A stretch of DNA of 64,000 bases from Candidatus Amesbacteria bacterium GW2011_GWB1_47_19 (GTDB lineage: Bacteria > Patescibacteriota > Microgenomatia > CAZETR01 > Amesbacteraceae): contig LCNZ01000003.1 in assembly GCA_001002325.1 (NCBI GenBank), forward strand, positions 7,484 through 71,483, in the 5' to 3' direction. Both the position numbers and the translations under genes were made by a program. The notes below the pieces were generated by a model. That model was not told the origin of the DNA and ran no database searches. It worked only from the letters and a program-made list of their open reading frames with translations. Positions 35,013 through 44,995 of the stretch are shown one piece after another (the stretch's first letter is position 1; every line of letters starts with the position of its first letter).

Positions 35013-35177
35013 ATGACTAAAACCAAGAAGCTCATTTGTACCCTGATGGGCCATAAATTCCTCAAAACCACCCTCGCCCGCCATATCCAGAGGTTTACCT
35101 CCATGGAAAAAAGGTCACACTTCCGGCACTGTACCCGCTGCGGCCACGATACCTACTCCCACGTCGAGTTTGTCTGA
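35013..35177 (+). CDS. 54-aa zinc-binding protein (C...GH...CxRCG)
   Basis: own translation MTKTKKLICTLMGHKF...HCTRCGHD; TATAAT upstream. Confidence 0.55.
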   Translation: MTKTKKLICTLMGHKFLKTTLARHIQRFTSMEKRSHFRHCTRCGHDTYSHVEFV

Positions 35178-35198
35178 TCCGTGATAACATAAACCAAA

Positions 35199-36383
35199 GT
35201 GCCCAAACTGCCCCGCAGTAAAATCCATTTTGTAATCCTTTTGTTCCTGGCCGTTCTGGTGTTCTCAGTCCTGATTTTCCGCCTGGCCTCTTTAAACACC
35301 CGCCTGTCTCTCCTGCAACAAACTATATTCACCCAAACAGAGCAAATCTCATCCGCCAGCGCCAGTGTTGCCTCCCACGCTTCCCGGATAGCTGAATTGG
35401 AGTCCGAAGACCAGCGCCTCAAAAACCAAAAATTATCAGCTGACATCACTGAAATTAAAAAGGCTTATACCAAATCCGTTACAGTCTACGAAAATCTGAC
35501 CGATCTGAAAACTCCGGTTGCCAAACTCTCCAATGCCTTCGCGGAAGCCATCTCCTTACTGGCTAAAGAAAACTACGCATCCGCTTCCTCAAAAATGGAT
35601 CAGCTGACCCGGGACATTTCCGCCGAATCTGCCAAACAAGTAGCTGCTGCCATCCCCCCGCCTGCCGCTGCCCCCCAAAACAATGCCCCACCCTCCGCCG
35701 GTTACAGCCGCCAGACCGTATCCAGCGATGCCGGTAATTTCGTGGTCTCCATTGTCTCTGCCGATCTGAGAAGCACCCGCGTGATAGTCGATACCTCTTC
35801 CGATTCCGATTGCGGCAACAACTGTCCCGTCCTGCCCCTGGCAACTTACATTTCCCGTTCCGGCGCTTTCGCCGGTGTCAACGGCTCCTACTTTTGTCCA
35901 GCTTCATACCCCACCTGCTCCGGCAAGACCAACACCTTTGACCTGCTAGTCATGAATAAGAACAAGTATTATTTCAATTCCGGTAACAATGTCTACAGTA
36001 ATAATCCGGCTGTCATTTTCGGCGGCGGGTATATCCGCTTTGTTTCCGCGGTTTCCCAATGGGGCCGGGACACGGGAGTGGACGGAGTTCTATCAAATTA
36101 CCCCCTCCTGGTTCAGGGAGGTAACATCATCTTCGGCGGCAACGACGATCCCAAACAGGGCAGTAAGGGTAACCGCAGTTTTGTGGCTAACAAAGGCAAT
36201 ACGGTTTACATTGGTGTCGTCCACTCCGCCACTGTGGCCGAATCCGCCCGCGTCCTCAAATCTCTGGGAATGGAAAACGGGCTCAATCTTGACGACGGCG
36301 GCTCGACAGCCCTCTACAGCGGCGGCTACAAAGTCGGCCCCGGCAGGGACCTTCCCAACGCTATTTTATTTGTCAGAAAGTGA
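35199..36383 (+). CDS. phosphodiester glycosidase (NAGPA-like) family protein
   Basis: TM plus coiled coil, VNGSYF, R..VA, LNLDDGGST. Confidence 0.85.
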   Translation: MPKLPRSKIHFVILLFLAVLVFSVLIFRLASLNTRLSLLQQTIFTQTEQISSASASVASHASRIAELESEDQRLKNQKLSADITEIKKAYTKSVTVYENLTDLKTPVAKLSNAFAEAISLLAKENYASASSKMDQLTRDISAESAKQVAAAIPPPAAAPQNNAPPSAGYSRQTVSSDAGNFVVSIVSADLRSTRVIVDTSSDSDCGNNCPVLPLATYISRSGAFAGVNGSYFCPASYPTCSGKTNTFDLLVMNKNKYYFNSGNNVYSNNPAVIFGGGYIRFVSAVSQWGRDTGVDGVLSNYPLLVQGGNIIFGGNDDPKQGSKGNRSFVANKGNTVYIGVVHSATVAESARVLKSLGMENGLNLDDGGSTALYSGGYKVGPGRDLPNAILFVRK

Positions 36384-36401
36384 CATGGTATTATCATCGG
36401 C

Positions 36402-37203
36402 ATGCGCTATGCAATCGAAGTCAAAAAATTGGTCAAAAAGTACTCCAAAGCCCCAGTACCTGCGGTAGATGGTGTAAGTTTTAACGTCAGCCGGGGAGCA
36501 TTTTTCTCTCACTTCCGGCGTTTCCCTTGTCACCGGTTTCGATTCCGAAGCCCAGCCTGGACCAGAACCTGACCGCCGAAGAAAACGTCCGATTTCATGC
36601 GGCTCTCTATGGACTCTATCCGTTTCAGCCGCTGTATCGTCACATGCCGGAAGCTTACAAAAACCAGGTTACCCGACTCTCGGAAGTTCTGGTTTGACCG
36701 CCGCCCAGCTGCAACAGCCGGTCAAAAACCTCTCCGGAAGAAGCTGAGAATTCAGATCAGGTATGTATTATCAACCAGGGCCGGATAATTGCCGCCGGCC
36801 GCCACACCACCCTGGAACAGGCATATCCAGGCTATCATCGCCATTGCCTCCCGGGATGTCATCAAACTTACCCGTGACCGGACCCGGGTACTTTTCAGTT
36901 TCGTCTTTCCCTTTATATTCATCGGTATTCTCGGCTCCAGTCTTCAGGCCAACTTAAGTGCCAGTCTGGGCTTCAACCTTCTGCTTTTTACTTTCCTGGG
37001 AGTGCTGGCCCAAACTTTTTTTCAGTCCTCCGCTTCTGGTATTATTTCCCTGGTCACTGACCGAGATACCGATTTTGCCCAGGAAATGTTCGTCGCCCCC
37101 ATTCCCCTCTGGTCAATCTGCTCATCATCCTGACCATGTCCGTCGGGCTCCTCCTGATCGGCACCCGAATCTTTGTCGCCCGAGAACGCAACCGCTAACC
37201 TGA
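36402..37203 (+). pseudogene. fragmented ABC transporter ATPase and ABC-2 permease
   Basis: AIEVKKLVKKY..AVDGVSFNV, LDQNLTAEENVRFH and permease fragments in different frames; Walker A missing. Confidence 0.8.
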
Positions 37204-37206
37204 TGC

Positions 37207-37701
37207 CTATTGGGTCAGGTTTAATCTGACATTCACAATATTCTGCGCTGCATCCAGTGTGACTACCCCATAAAAAATCCCCTGCCCGCCGCATACATAC
37301 GGAAAAGTATGCTGCAGATCAGCTACTACCTGTTTCTTCAGCACCTCCGATTCCGGTATCCATTCCAGCTTTCCGTCCTTGGTTTCCCAACCTGCCGGCG
37401 GATCTCCGCCTTCCGATTCCACCACAAAATTCGCTATTATCCAGTCTCCATGCTTGCAACCCTCCTGCCTGACTATTCCCACCAGCTTAAACCGGCCTTC
37501 CTCCATCCGGAACCCGGTTTCTTCATGCACTTTTCTAACCGCGGTATCCAAATATGTTTCCCCTAATGCCACCCTGCCTCCCACTCCGTTGTACAACCCC
37601 GGATCGATATCTGTGTTCTCGATGCGTTTTAACATCAGGTATTGACTCTCATGCCGGATAAACACTACCACTGCCTCGTTAATCATCCTGATTCCGTTCA
37701 T
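37207..37701 (-). CDS. NUDIX hydrolase
   Basis: GGRVALGETYLDTAVRKVHEETG Nudix box. Confidence 0.88.
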   Translation of the reverse strand: MNGIRMINEAVVVFIRHESQYLMLKRIENTDIDPGLYNGVGGRVALGETYLDTAVRKVHEETGFRMEEGRFKLVGIVRQEGCKHGDWIIANFVVESEGGDPPAGWETKDGKLEWIPESEVLKKQVVADLQHTFPYVCGGQGIFYGVVTLDAAQNIVNVRLNLTQ

Positions 37702-37762
37702 ACTCCGATTCTACACCCTGGAAAAATCGTCAGTTTAATATATTTATTATAAAATCAAATTA

Positions 37763-39130
37763 ATGTCCCCTGCCGACTACCTGGACATCTTTCGCCACCC
37801 GGACATTCTGGTGGTATTGGCCACTGCCCCCACCGGATTTGGCCATCTGCGGGTCACCCAGGCCCTTAAAAACGGTTTACCTGAGCATCAGTCAGTTCCT
37901 GTCCTTGGCTTAAGTCATTCTTCCCTGCAGTTCCTTCATCGCCTGACCAGCCGCCATGTGATGTTACGTGCTTTTTTTGAATTCTTCCAGAACAATCCCG
38001 GAGCTGAAGAGGTTTTTACCCGCACCTATCGGTCCTACCTCTCCGTTTCTGCTTCAGACACCTACCGCGCGTTGTCCCGGCTGGTTCTCTCCCGCCGCCG
38101 CCACCCCCGGACTATAATTCTGGTTTGCACCCATTTCAGCCTCGCTCATGAAGCCGCAGCCGTCAAAACCCGCCTCCTTCGTGAATACAATTGCCGGCTT
38201 ATCATCAGCGTGACCGTCACCGACGATTCCCCACAGCGAATTTGGGCTGTCCCGGGAGCCGACTTTATTTTTGTCCCCAGCCTGAAGACCAAAGTTCTTC
38301 TGGACAAATACCTGCAGCGTTTCTCTCCGCCCCGGCCTCTGGTTATCATCTCCCCGTATCCGGTTGCCCCGGGATTAACCGTCCCCTTGTCCGCAGCCCG
38401 TTACACAGCCCGGGTGCACCAGCTGCAACCTCACACCCCCTCACCCTTAAATATCCTTCTGCCGGTATCCGGCGCCGCCGTCCAGCTATCATACTTTCGC
38501 GATTTGATTTCCGGTCTCAACGCCGCCGATAATCATCACCTCACCATTATCTCCCGGCAGTCGCCCGCCACCGCCTCTTTTCTCAGCTGGTGCCGTACGG
38601 TTCCCGGGATTGAGGTCATCAGTCACCTGCAGGATCTGGAGACGGTGATCGCATACGAGCATGCCCTTACCCGTTCCGTATTCAGTCTGGAAATCACCAA
38701 GCCGTCCGAGCAGTCTTTTAAAGCCTTGTTGACTCCGCACCAACGGGGAGGAGTCATACTCCTGTTTACCCGGCCCGTCGGCCGTCAGGAATATGACAAC
38801 CTGGATTTCCTGCGTCGCCACCGGCTGCTGCCCGACGCTGCTGATGCCAGAATTCTAAATGATCTCTGCCGTCACAATTCTACCTCCCGCATGGATGCCT
38901 CCTTCTACCGCCGGGCTCAAAACTGGCGTTGTCTGATGTTGCCCGATACCGGTAGTCTTGCTGCCCGGGCCATCACCTGTTTCAAAAATGCTTCGGTATT
39001 GTCATCCATGGCCAATTTTACCGGCTTTCTCAACCACCCGGAACTCAGAGGCGACGGCGTGCGTATTTTCTGGCAACAACTGTCAGGCCACATTCAGAAA
39101 ATTATACAAAACGGCTCTGCCCGTCCATAA
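37763..39130 (+). CDS. GT-B glycosyltransferase-like protein
   Basis: TGFGH, CTHF, VTDD, ITKPSE, VGRQE..N (UgtP/MurG-like pattern). Confidence 0.65.
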   Translation: MSPADYLDIFRHPDILVVLATAPTGFGHLRVTQALKNGLPEHQSVPVLGLSHSSLQFLHRLTSRHVMLRAFFEFFQNNPGAEEVFTRTYRSYLSVSASDTYRALSRLVLSRRRHPRTIILVCTHFSLAHEAAAVKTRLLREYNCRLIISVTVTDDSPQRIWAVPGADFIFVPSLKTKVLLDKYLQRFSPPRPLVIISPYPVAPGLTVPLSAARYTARVHQLQPHTPSPLNILLPVSGAAVQLSYFRDLISGLNAADNHHLTIISRQSPATASFLSWCRTVPGIEVISHLQDLETVIAYEHALTRSVFSLEITKPSEQSFKALLTPHQRGGVILLFTRPVGRQEYDNLDFLRRHRLLPDAADARILNDLCRHNSTSRMDASFYRRAQNWRCLMLPDTGSLAARAITCFKNASVLSSMANFTGFLNHPELRGDGVRIFWQQLSGHIQKIIQNGSARP

Positions 39131-39132
39131 CC

Positions 39133-40071
39133 ATGCTCTTATCCATCTTATTATTATCCGCAGGACTGCTGATTCTTCTCTGGTCCACCCGTTTATTTGT
39201 AATTCAGGCGGAAAATGCTTCCCGTTCTCTGCGTCTCTCCCCTTTGATAATAGGAACTACTCTGGTCGCTATTGGAACATCCATGCCCGAGCTGGCCGTC
39301 TCAGTCACCGCCGCGGTCAGGGGGGATTACGGACTGGCGCTGGGTAACATTATCGGCTCCAATATCCTTAATATTCTGCTGGTTTTTTCCGTCGGATTGC
39401 TGTCCGGCCGCATCCGCATCGGTACTACCAAAACCCCCAGAAACATTTTCCTGCTGCTGCTGTTTACCACCCTTTTTTCTCTTCAGGCCCATTCCCCTGT
39501 TTCCCGGTTCCCTCCGGGATTGATTCTTCTGCTTCTGGCGGTCATATTTACCGGACTGGAATATTTTTGGGGTTTGGCCGGAAGAAAAAAGGAAGACCGT
39601 GCCCGGCTCCAACTAAAGCACTATCCCCGTTTCAAATGGCCGCCCCTGGTCTTTTCCCTGGCTACCATCTTCGTTGCCGGGTATATCACCGTTATCCAAG
39701 TGGAAAATATCTCCCTGTTAACCGGTCTGTCGACCACTTTTTTTGGTTTGACTCTCACCGCCATAGCCACCTCCCTGCCTGAACTGGTTACTACTCTTTT
39801 CAGTCAAAACGACCATCAGGACAAACTCACTGCCGGCAATATCATCGGCAGCAATATTTACAACCTGCTGCTCATAGGAGGCCTGGTTTTGCTGCTTACA
39901 CCGCGCCCGTTTGTCCGGATACTACCCCTGACGGATTTCGTCTTCCTGCTCTTAACCACCCTGGGATTCTGCCTCACTCTGTTTGCTCACAAAGGCCGGG
40001 TCATACCCAAATATTTTGCTTTGATTTTCATCTTACTGGTCCCGCTTTACTTATTTATTATTTACCCGTAA
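39133..40071 (+). CDS. Ca2+/Na+ antiporter (YrbG/CaCA family)
   Basis: two alpha repeats GTSMPE/ATSLPE and GNIIGSN. Confidence 0.92.
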   Translation: MLLSILLLSAGLLILLWSTRLFVIQAENASRSLRLSPLIIGTTLVAIGTSMPELAVSVTAAVRGDYGLALGNIIGSNILNILLVFSVGLLSGRIRIGTTKTPRNIFLLLLFTTLFSLQAHSPVSRFPPGLILLLLAVIFTGLEYFWGLAGRKKEDRARLQLKHYPRFKWPPLVFSLATIFVAGYITVIQVENISLLTGLSTTFFGLTLTAIATSLPELVTTLFSQNDHQDKLTAGNIIGSNIYNLLLIGGLVLLLTPRPFVRILPLTDFVFLLLTTLGFCLTLFAHKGRVIPKYFALIFILLVPLYLFIIYP

Positions 40072-40081
40072 TATCCTTTCC

Positions 40082-40264
40082 ATGCCTAAACGCGCCATCT
40101 TTTTGATTCTGATTATTTTTCTGGCAATCACTGTATTGGTCTGGTTTAAAACTTCGGCTAACCGCCCTCTGATTTACGCCTGTCCCATGGATGCCAATGT
40201 CTGTCCGGACGGCACCAGTGTCGGTCGGGTGCTTCCTGATTGCAAATTCGCTCCCTGCCCCTGA
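40082..40264 (+). CDS. small anchored Cys-motif protein
   Basis: TM then ACPMDANVCPDGTSVGRVLPDCKFAPCP. Confidence 0.75.
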   Translation: MPKRAIFLILIIFLAITVLVWFKTSANRPLIYACPMDANVCPDGTSVGRVLPDCKFAPCP

Positions 40265-40271
40265 AAGTCGG

Positions 40272-41288
40272 CTACTTTATTCCGTACCTTTCGCTTGCCA
40301 GATCGATAATCCTTTTCACCAATGCCGGGAAATCCATCCCCGCTGTTCTGGCAGCCAGCGGAAAATAACTGATAACTTTCTCGTCTGGATTGATTCCCGG
40401 CAATGTATTTATCTCCAAAAAATACAGCTCCCCCCTGGAGTTCATCCGGAAATCTATCCGGGCACAGTCCCGTACTTCCAATGTCCTATAGACTAGTTTC
40501 GCCGTTTCATTAATCTCCGTCTCCAGGCCAGGGTCGATTTTTGCCGGACAGTCGCAGGCTTGAGACACATCCGTCAGCGTATCCTCATACAGCCATTTCA
40601 GTTCAAAACCCGCGATTTTTCTCATCCCCTGGGGCAGGAAATCAAATTTCTGCTCGATAATCGGCAGCACCTGCAGCTCCCGGTTACCCATTACAGCCAC
40701 AGTAAACTCTCTTCCGTCCAGGAACTCTTCCACCAGCAGCTGTCCCTCAAAACCCCCGGCATACATGTCCCCGATCCGGGCATTCAGCTCTTCCTGGTTG
40801 TCCACCACATTTTTATCAAACACCCCGATACTCGATCCCTCGGTGTTGGGTTTTATTATCACCGGCCAATCCCAACCTCTCGGCAGTTTTACAACATCCC
40901 CCGCTTGGGCCAGCATCGACCCGGGCACTTTTACGCCCACTCCGGTCACTACAAGTTTGGTCAGGTTCTTACGCAGTTTTATCGCGTGCGTCGTAGGCGA
41001 CGAATGAGTATAGGGAATTTTCAACATCTCGCAAAAAAGGGGTATCTGTGACTCTCTGGCATCGCCGCTCAAACCTTCGGCTATATTGAATACCAGATCA
41101 ATTTTATCCCTAAGATCATTAAGTTTCTCAAACGCCCGTGAATCCGCCTCCATTCTTTCCGTCCGGTGTCCCAACCCTTCGATAGTCTTTATAATCGCCT
41201 CAATCGTCTCCGGAGAATCGAAATCCAATTCTCTTTTCATTCCTTGACCCTGATCATGTTTTACGTTGTAAGCAAACCCTATCCGCAT
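40272..41288 (-). CDS. D-alanine--D-alanine ligase-like ATP-grasp enzyme
   Basis: VFNIAEG, IIKPNTEGSSIG, EEFLDGREFTV, RIDFR, LEINTLPG. Confidence 0.88.
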   Translation of the reverse strand: MRIGFAYNVKHDQGQGMKRELDFDSPETIEAIIKTIEGLGHRTERMEADSRAFEKLNDLRDKIDLVFNIAEGLSGDARESQIPLFCEMLKIPYTHSSPTTHAIKLRKNLTKLVVTGVGVKVPGSMLAQAGDVVKLPRGWDWPVIIKPNTEGSSIGVFDKNVVDNQEELNARIGDMYAGGFEGQLLVEEFLDGREFTVAVMGNRELQVLPIIEQKFDFLPQGMRKIAGFELKWLYEDTLTDVSQACDCPAKIDPGLETEINETAKLVYRTLEVRDCARIDFRMNSRGELYFLEINTLPGINPDEKVISYFPLAARTAGMDFPALVKRIIDLASERYGIK

Positions 41289-41347
41289 AAAATATATGTA
41301 TACCACAATTTGACTTGGCATTCGCGCTGGCTTAATATCCACGGCAC

Positions 41348-42199
41348 ATGGACGATTTCACAGAGACTCCTATTAGCCCCCGTCAATCCGACCGCCGCCT
41401 GATACGAACCGCAATTAATAGTCTGCTTCTGATTCTTATTCTGGCCGGAATCGGTACGGGCATTTACTGGTTTACCCGTCCCGCCCCCGAATCCACAGCG
41501 GTATTGGGTACCGAGGCTGAAATCACACCTTCGCCTACCCCCCAACCTACCGCCGTCCCCTCACCTACTCTCAAACCCAGTTCCACTCCCAAACCGACAA
41601 CCACTCCCAAACCCACCTCCGTTCCGTCCGCCACCCCCTCACCCACTCCTGCTTCCAAAACCATCACAGTTACCTCCAATTCCGGTATTGACGGTTTCCG
41701 GGCAAATAACAACGGCGGCAATTCCACTATCGAAATCCGGGCGGGTAATGGCAATATGGTTGGTGCTCCGGCTTACGAGTTGGTTTCCCGGGGTTTCGTC
41801 AGTTTTAGTGTACCCTCGGAAGTAGCAGGCAAAATCATCGACCAGGCTACTCTTCGGCTCTACCAATACCAGGTCTCGGGCACGCCGTATGCATCCGGAA
41901 ACAAATTGATAATTGATCATCTGGATTATGGATCGGAATTGGCTTCTGATGATTATGACCGCAGCCCGATTTCCTCAAACATCGGTGCTCTGACCGACAG
42001 TCCCGTCGTTGAATGGAAAGACTTTTCTGTCACATCGGCAATTTCATCCGACGTTACAGCCGGACACTCCCGGTCCCAATTCCGCTTGCGTTTTTCTACC
42101 GAAACCGACAGCGATAGTTCTGAGGACGTAGCCTATTTTTACTCCAACAATTCCGGCTCCAATACCTATCCTCCCCAGCTTGTCATAAAATACCATTAG
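41348..42199 (+). CDS. membrane-anchored protein with PT linker and DNRLRE-like beta domain
   Basis: TM, Pro/Thr repeat, R.FVSF, I..ATLRLY, F.VT, PQLVI.Y. Confidence 0.75.
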   Translation: MDDFTETPISPRQSDRRLIRTAINSLLLILILAGIGTGIYWFTRPAPESTAVLGTEAEITPSPTPQPTAVPSPTLKPSSTPKPTTTPKPTSVPSATPSPTPASKTITVTSNSGIDGFRANNNGGNSTIEIRAGNGNMVGAPAYELVSRGFVSFSVPSEVAGKIIDQATLRLYQYQVSGTPYASGNKLIIDHLDYGSELASDDYDRSPISSNIGALTDSPVVEWKDFSVTSAISSDVTAGHSRSQFRLRFSTETDSDSSEDVAYFYSNNSGSNTYPPQLVIKYH

Positions 42200-42203
42200 A
42201 CTC

Positions 42204-43226
42204 GTGGCTAAATCTCCCAAAATAGTAACCATCGGCGGTGGAACTGGGGCCCCTACGGTTATCCGGGCTCTCCTCCTGGCTGGGTTCTCGGATATTTCCG
42301 CCATCTCCGCCTCCACCGATTCGGGCGGCAAGACCGGCCAGCTCCGAACTGACGAACGGGACCGTGTGATCGCCATCTCCGACCTGTTACGCAACCTTTT
42401 GGCCTTGATTTCCCCCCGTCAGAAACATTTGGAACATGTGGCTGCCTTCACTGACCTGCTCGGGTTCACGGACGGGCGCAACCGCAATCTGGGCTATACC
42501 CTTTACTACGCATTATTGGAAAAGTATGACGGCGATTTCCTGGCTGTGCAAAATCACCTCGAACGTTTGTTGGGAGCTAAATTTGCGGGAACCGCCATCC
42601 CTGTCACTCTGCAACCTACCCACATCAGCTTCTCCACCCAGTCCGGCGCCGTATTCCACGGCGAACACGAGCTGGATCGCCAGACCATGTCCAGAAACGC
42701 CATTACCGGTTTCTGGCTGGACGGCCCGGCCCCGGCTTCCCCCCAGGCTATTTCTGCCATCCGTCAGGCTACCCATATTATTTATTGTCCGGGCAGTATT
42801 TACGGCTCCGTCCTGGTAAACTTTCTGGCCAGGGGCATCTCTCCCGTACTCAAATCTTCCAAGGCAGTAAAAATCCTGATTGCAAACCTGGTTTCCAACC
42901 GCAACCAGACTCACGAATTCACTCCCACGGACTATTTCCGCCTTTTCGCGAAATATACCCGGTTGGATCCTCCGTTCAATTTGTTCCTCTGTCCGGACAC
43001 CAGTCGCCACGATTTCGAGATCCGGTATCCCGAAGTTGCTGCCAACTACGGTGCTGAGCATTCGCACTTTTTAGGCTGGGACAAAGAAAAGCTTGCGGTT
43101 CTGAAGAAATTCAAAATTACGCCTGTACCTGCAGAAATTTTCTCAGTCACGCCGGAATATTCCCGACTCCGCCACGACCCGGTCAAGCTCGCAAAAATAC
43201 TCAAACAAGTGATTCATAAGGTATAA
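42204..43226 (+). CDS. YvcK/GlmR (CofD-like) protein
   Basis: IVTIGGGTG, DSGGKTGQLR, GEHELD, PGSIYGS, RHDP.KLA. Confidence 0.88.
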   Translation: MAKSPKIVTIGGGTGAPTVIRALLLAGFSDISAISASTDSGGKTGQLRTDERDRVIAISDLLRNLLALISPRQKHLEHVAAFTDLLGFTDGRNRNLGYTLYYALLEKYDGDFLAVQNHLERLLGAKFAGTAIPVTLQPTHISFSTQSGAVFHGEHELDRQTMSRNAITGFWLDGPAPASPQAISAIRQATHIIYCPGSIYGSVLVNFLARGISPVLKSSKAVKILIANLVSNRNQTHEFTPTDYFRLFAKYTRLDPPFNLFLCPDTSRHDFEIRYPEVAANYGAEHSHFLGWDKEKLAVLKKFKITPVPAEIFSVTPEYSRLRHDPVKLAKILKQVIHKV

Positions 43227-43244
43227 TAATATAACCTTTTGCTT

Positions 43245-43469
43245 ATGAAAGAGATCAAAAAAGAGCACTCCAAAAAACTAATACTTCTGGGCTTAATCTC
43301 CTTGGCAATAATATTCGGACTTATTGCCGCCTCTTATGAAATAAGCGTTTTGTACAACACAATTGCGACTCATGCCATCGGTACTCTCACTGCTCAGGTT
43401 CCAGTACCCACCTCAGACGGTTCCCTGCATGGCCAGCTCATTCTTGCCACTCCATTGCTAATTCCGTAA
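43245..43469 (+). CDS. small membrane protein
   Basis: basic N-terminus plus TM. Confidence 0.55.
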   Translation: MKEIKKEHSKKLILLGLISLAIIFGLIAASYEISVLYNTIATHAIGTLTAQVPVPTSDGSLHGQLILATPLLIP

Positions 43470-43536
43470 ATTTCTTATATAATCCTTGACACGAGTCGCA
43501 AGGCTCATTTTTTGTGCGGGTGATACAATTAAAACC

Positions 43537-43716
43537 ATGAATCCCCTAACCTATTTACGTGAGACCTTAAGCGAGTTAAAACAAGTCACCTGGCCTACCC
43601 GCCAGCAAACCATCCAATTAACCTTGATTGTCATCGGAATCTCGGTTTTGGTTGCCATTTATATTGGCTCGCTGGATTTCTTGTTTACCAATCTATTAAC
43701 CTCTATAGTCAAATAA
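43537..43716 (+). CDS. secE: preprotein translocase subunit SecE
   Basis: ELKQVTWPT plus one TM; upstream of nusG. Confidence 0.95.
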   Translation: MNPLTYLRETLSELKQVTWPTRQQTIQLTLIVIGISVLVAIYIGSLDFLFTNLLTSIVK

Positions 43717-43718
43717 AT

Positions 43719-44336
43719 ATGGACGAAGAGCAGACATCCGTCACTGAGCGTGGTCTGGGATCAAAAGTTATTCCCGGCCACATTATCGTAAATGACAAAA
43801 AAGAACTGGCGGCCAACGCTCACTGGTATGTGGTCCACACATATTCCGGCCATGAAGCCCGGGTGGCCGAAACTCTGCGTCAGCGTGTGGCTACTTTAGG
43901 CCAGACCGACAAAGTTTTTGAGCTGTTGATTCCCACCCAGGACAAAATCCACATCAAACATGGCAAGAAATCCTCAGTCAGGGAAAAAATCTTTCCCGGA
44001 TACCTGCTGGTAAAAATGGTCGTTGACGACGATTCCTGGCTGGTGGTCCGCACCACTCAGGGGATCACCGGTTTCGTGGGTGTAGGTAATAAGCCTACCC
44101 CTCTTTCGGATACCGAGGTCACCGCCATCATGCAATTCGCCCAAATGGGAGCTCCCAAATACAAAGCTAATTTTAGCCTGGGAGAAGCAGTCAAGATTAC
44201 CGACGGTCCTTTTGCCGATTTCCTGGGGTCTATCGAAAGTATCGACGAATCTGCCGGTAAACTCCGGGTGCTCGTCTCGATCTTCGGCCGCGAAACCCCC
44301 GTCGAACTCGACTTTTTACAGGTAAAGAAGATATAA
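43719..44336 (+). CDS. nusG: transcription factor NusG
   Basis: WYVVHTYSG, FPGYLLV, GPFADF, IFGRETPVEL. Confidence 0.97.
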   Translation: MDEEQTSVTERGLGSKVIPGHIIVNDKKELAANAHWYVVHTYSGHEARVAETLRQRVATLGQTDKVFELLIPTQDKIHIKHGKKSSVREKIFPGYLLVKMVVDDDSWLVVRTTQGITGFVGVGNKPTPLSDTEVTAIMQFAQMGAPKYKANFSLGEAVKITDGPFADFLGSIESIDESAGKLRVLVSIFGRETPVELDFLQVKKI

Positions 44337-44341
44337 TTCAC

Positions 44342-44412
44342 CAAATTCTAAGCTTATATTATTTCAAATTTAGATATTATTTGATTATTAGAATTTAGTA
44401 TTTAGTATTTTT
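44342..44412. repeat. AT-rich degenerate heptamer repeats between nusG and rplK
   Basis: TAGAATT TAGTATT TAGTATT and upstream CAAATT units. Confidence 0.6.
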
Positions 44413-44417
44413 AAGGT

Positions 44418-44843
44418 ATGGCTCCCAAAAAAATCAAAACCACTCTTAAACTCAATCTCCCCGCCGGGGAGGCTTCTCCCGCCCCGCCGGTCGGTCCGGC
44501 ACTCGGTCAGCACGGTCTGCCCATCATGGATTTTGTCAAACAGTACAACGACAAAACCAAAGACCAAAAAGGCAACATCATCCCGGCTGTTATCACTGTT
44601 TACGAAGATCGCTCCTTCACCTTCGTTACCAAACTGCCCCCCGTGTCAGCCATGATCAAAAAAATCCTGAGCCTGCAAAAGGCCTCACAAAAACCCGGCC
44701 GTGAAACGGCCGGTACCCTGACTGCCGGCCAGGTGAAAGATATCGCCGAAAAGAAGCTGGAGGATCTGAACACCGAATCCCTGGAAGCCGCCATAAATAC
44801 AGTTACGGGTACCGCCCGCTCAATGGGCATCAAGGTCTCTTAA
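44418..44843 (+). CDS. rplK: 50S ribosomal protein L11
   Basis: PAPPVGPALGQHG, YEDRSFTF, GTARSMG. Confidence 0.97.
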   Translation: MAPKKIKTTLKLNLPAGEASPAPPVGPALGQHGLPIMDFVKQYNDKTKDQKGNIIPAVITVYEDRSFTFVTKLPPVSAMIKKILSLQKASQKPGRETAGTLTAGQVKDIAEKKLEDLNTESLEAAINTVTGTARSMGIKVS

Positions 44844-44995
44844 CTTCCTCACTGTCGGAATCGTCCGCCCTCAACCATCGGGGACATCGTCCCTGCTGAC
44901 ACACCAATTCCCTTACACCCGTCTTTTGGTTACTTTTCAATACCATTTTACCGGATACTTCACTTCAACCATAAAACTTTTCCGGAATTTTAACA

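Noticed and set aside
41520-41655. Pro/Thr-coding repeats as a mobile or regulatory repeat
   Set aside because: Ordinary PT linker between the TM anchor and the extracellular domain.
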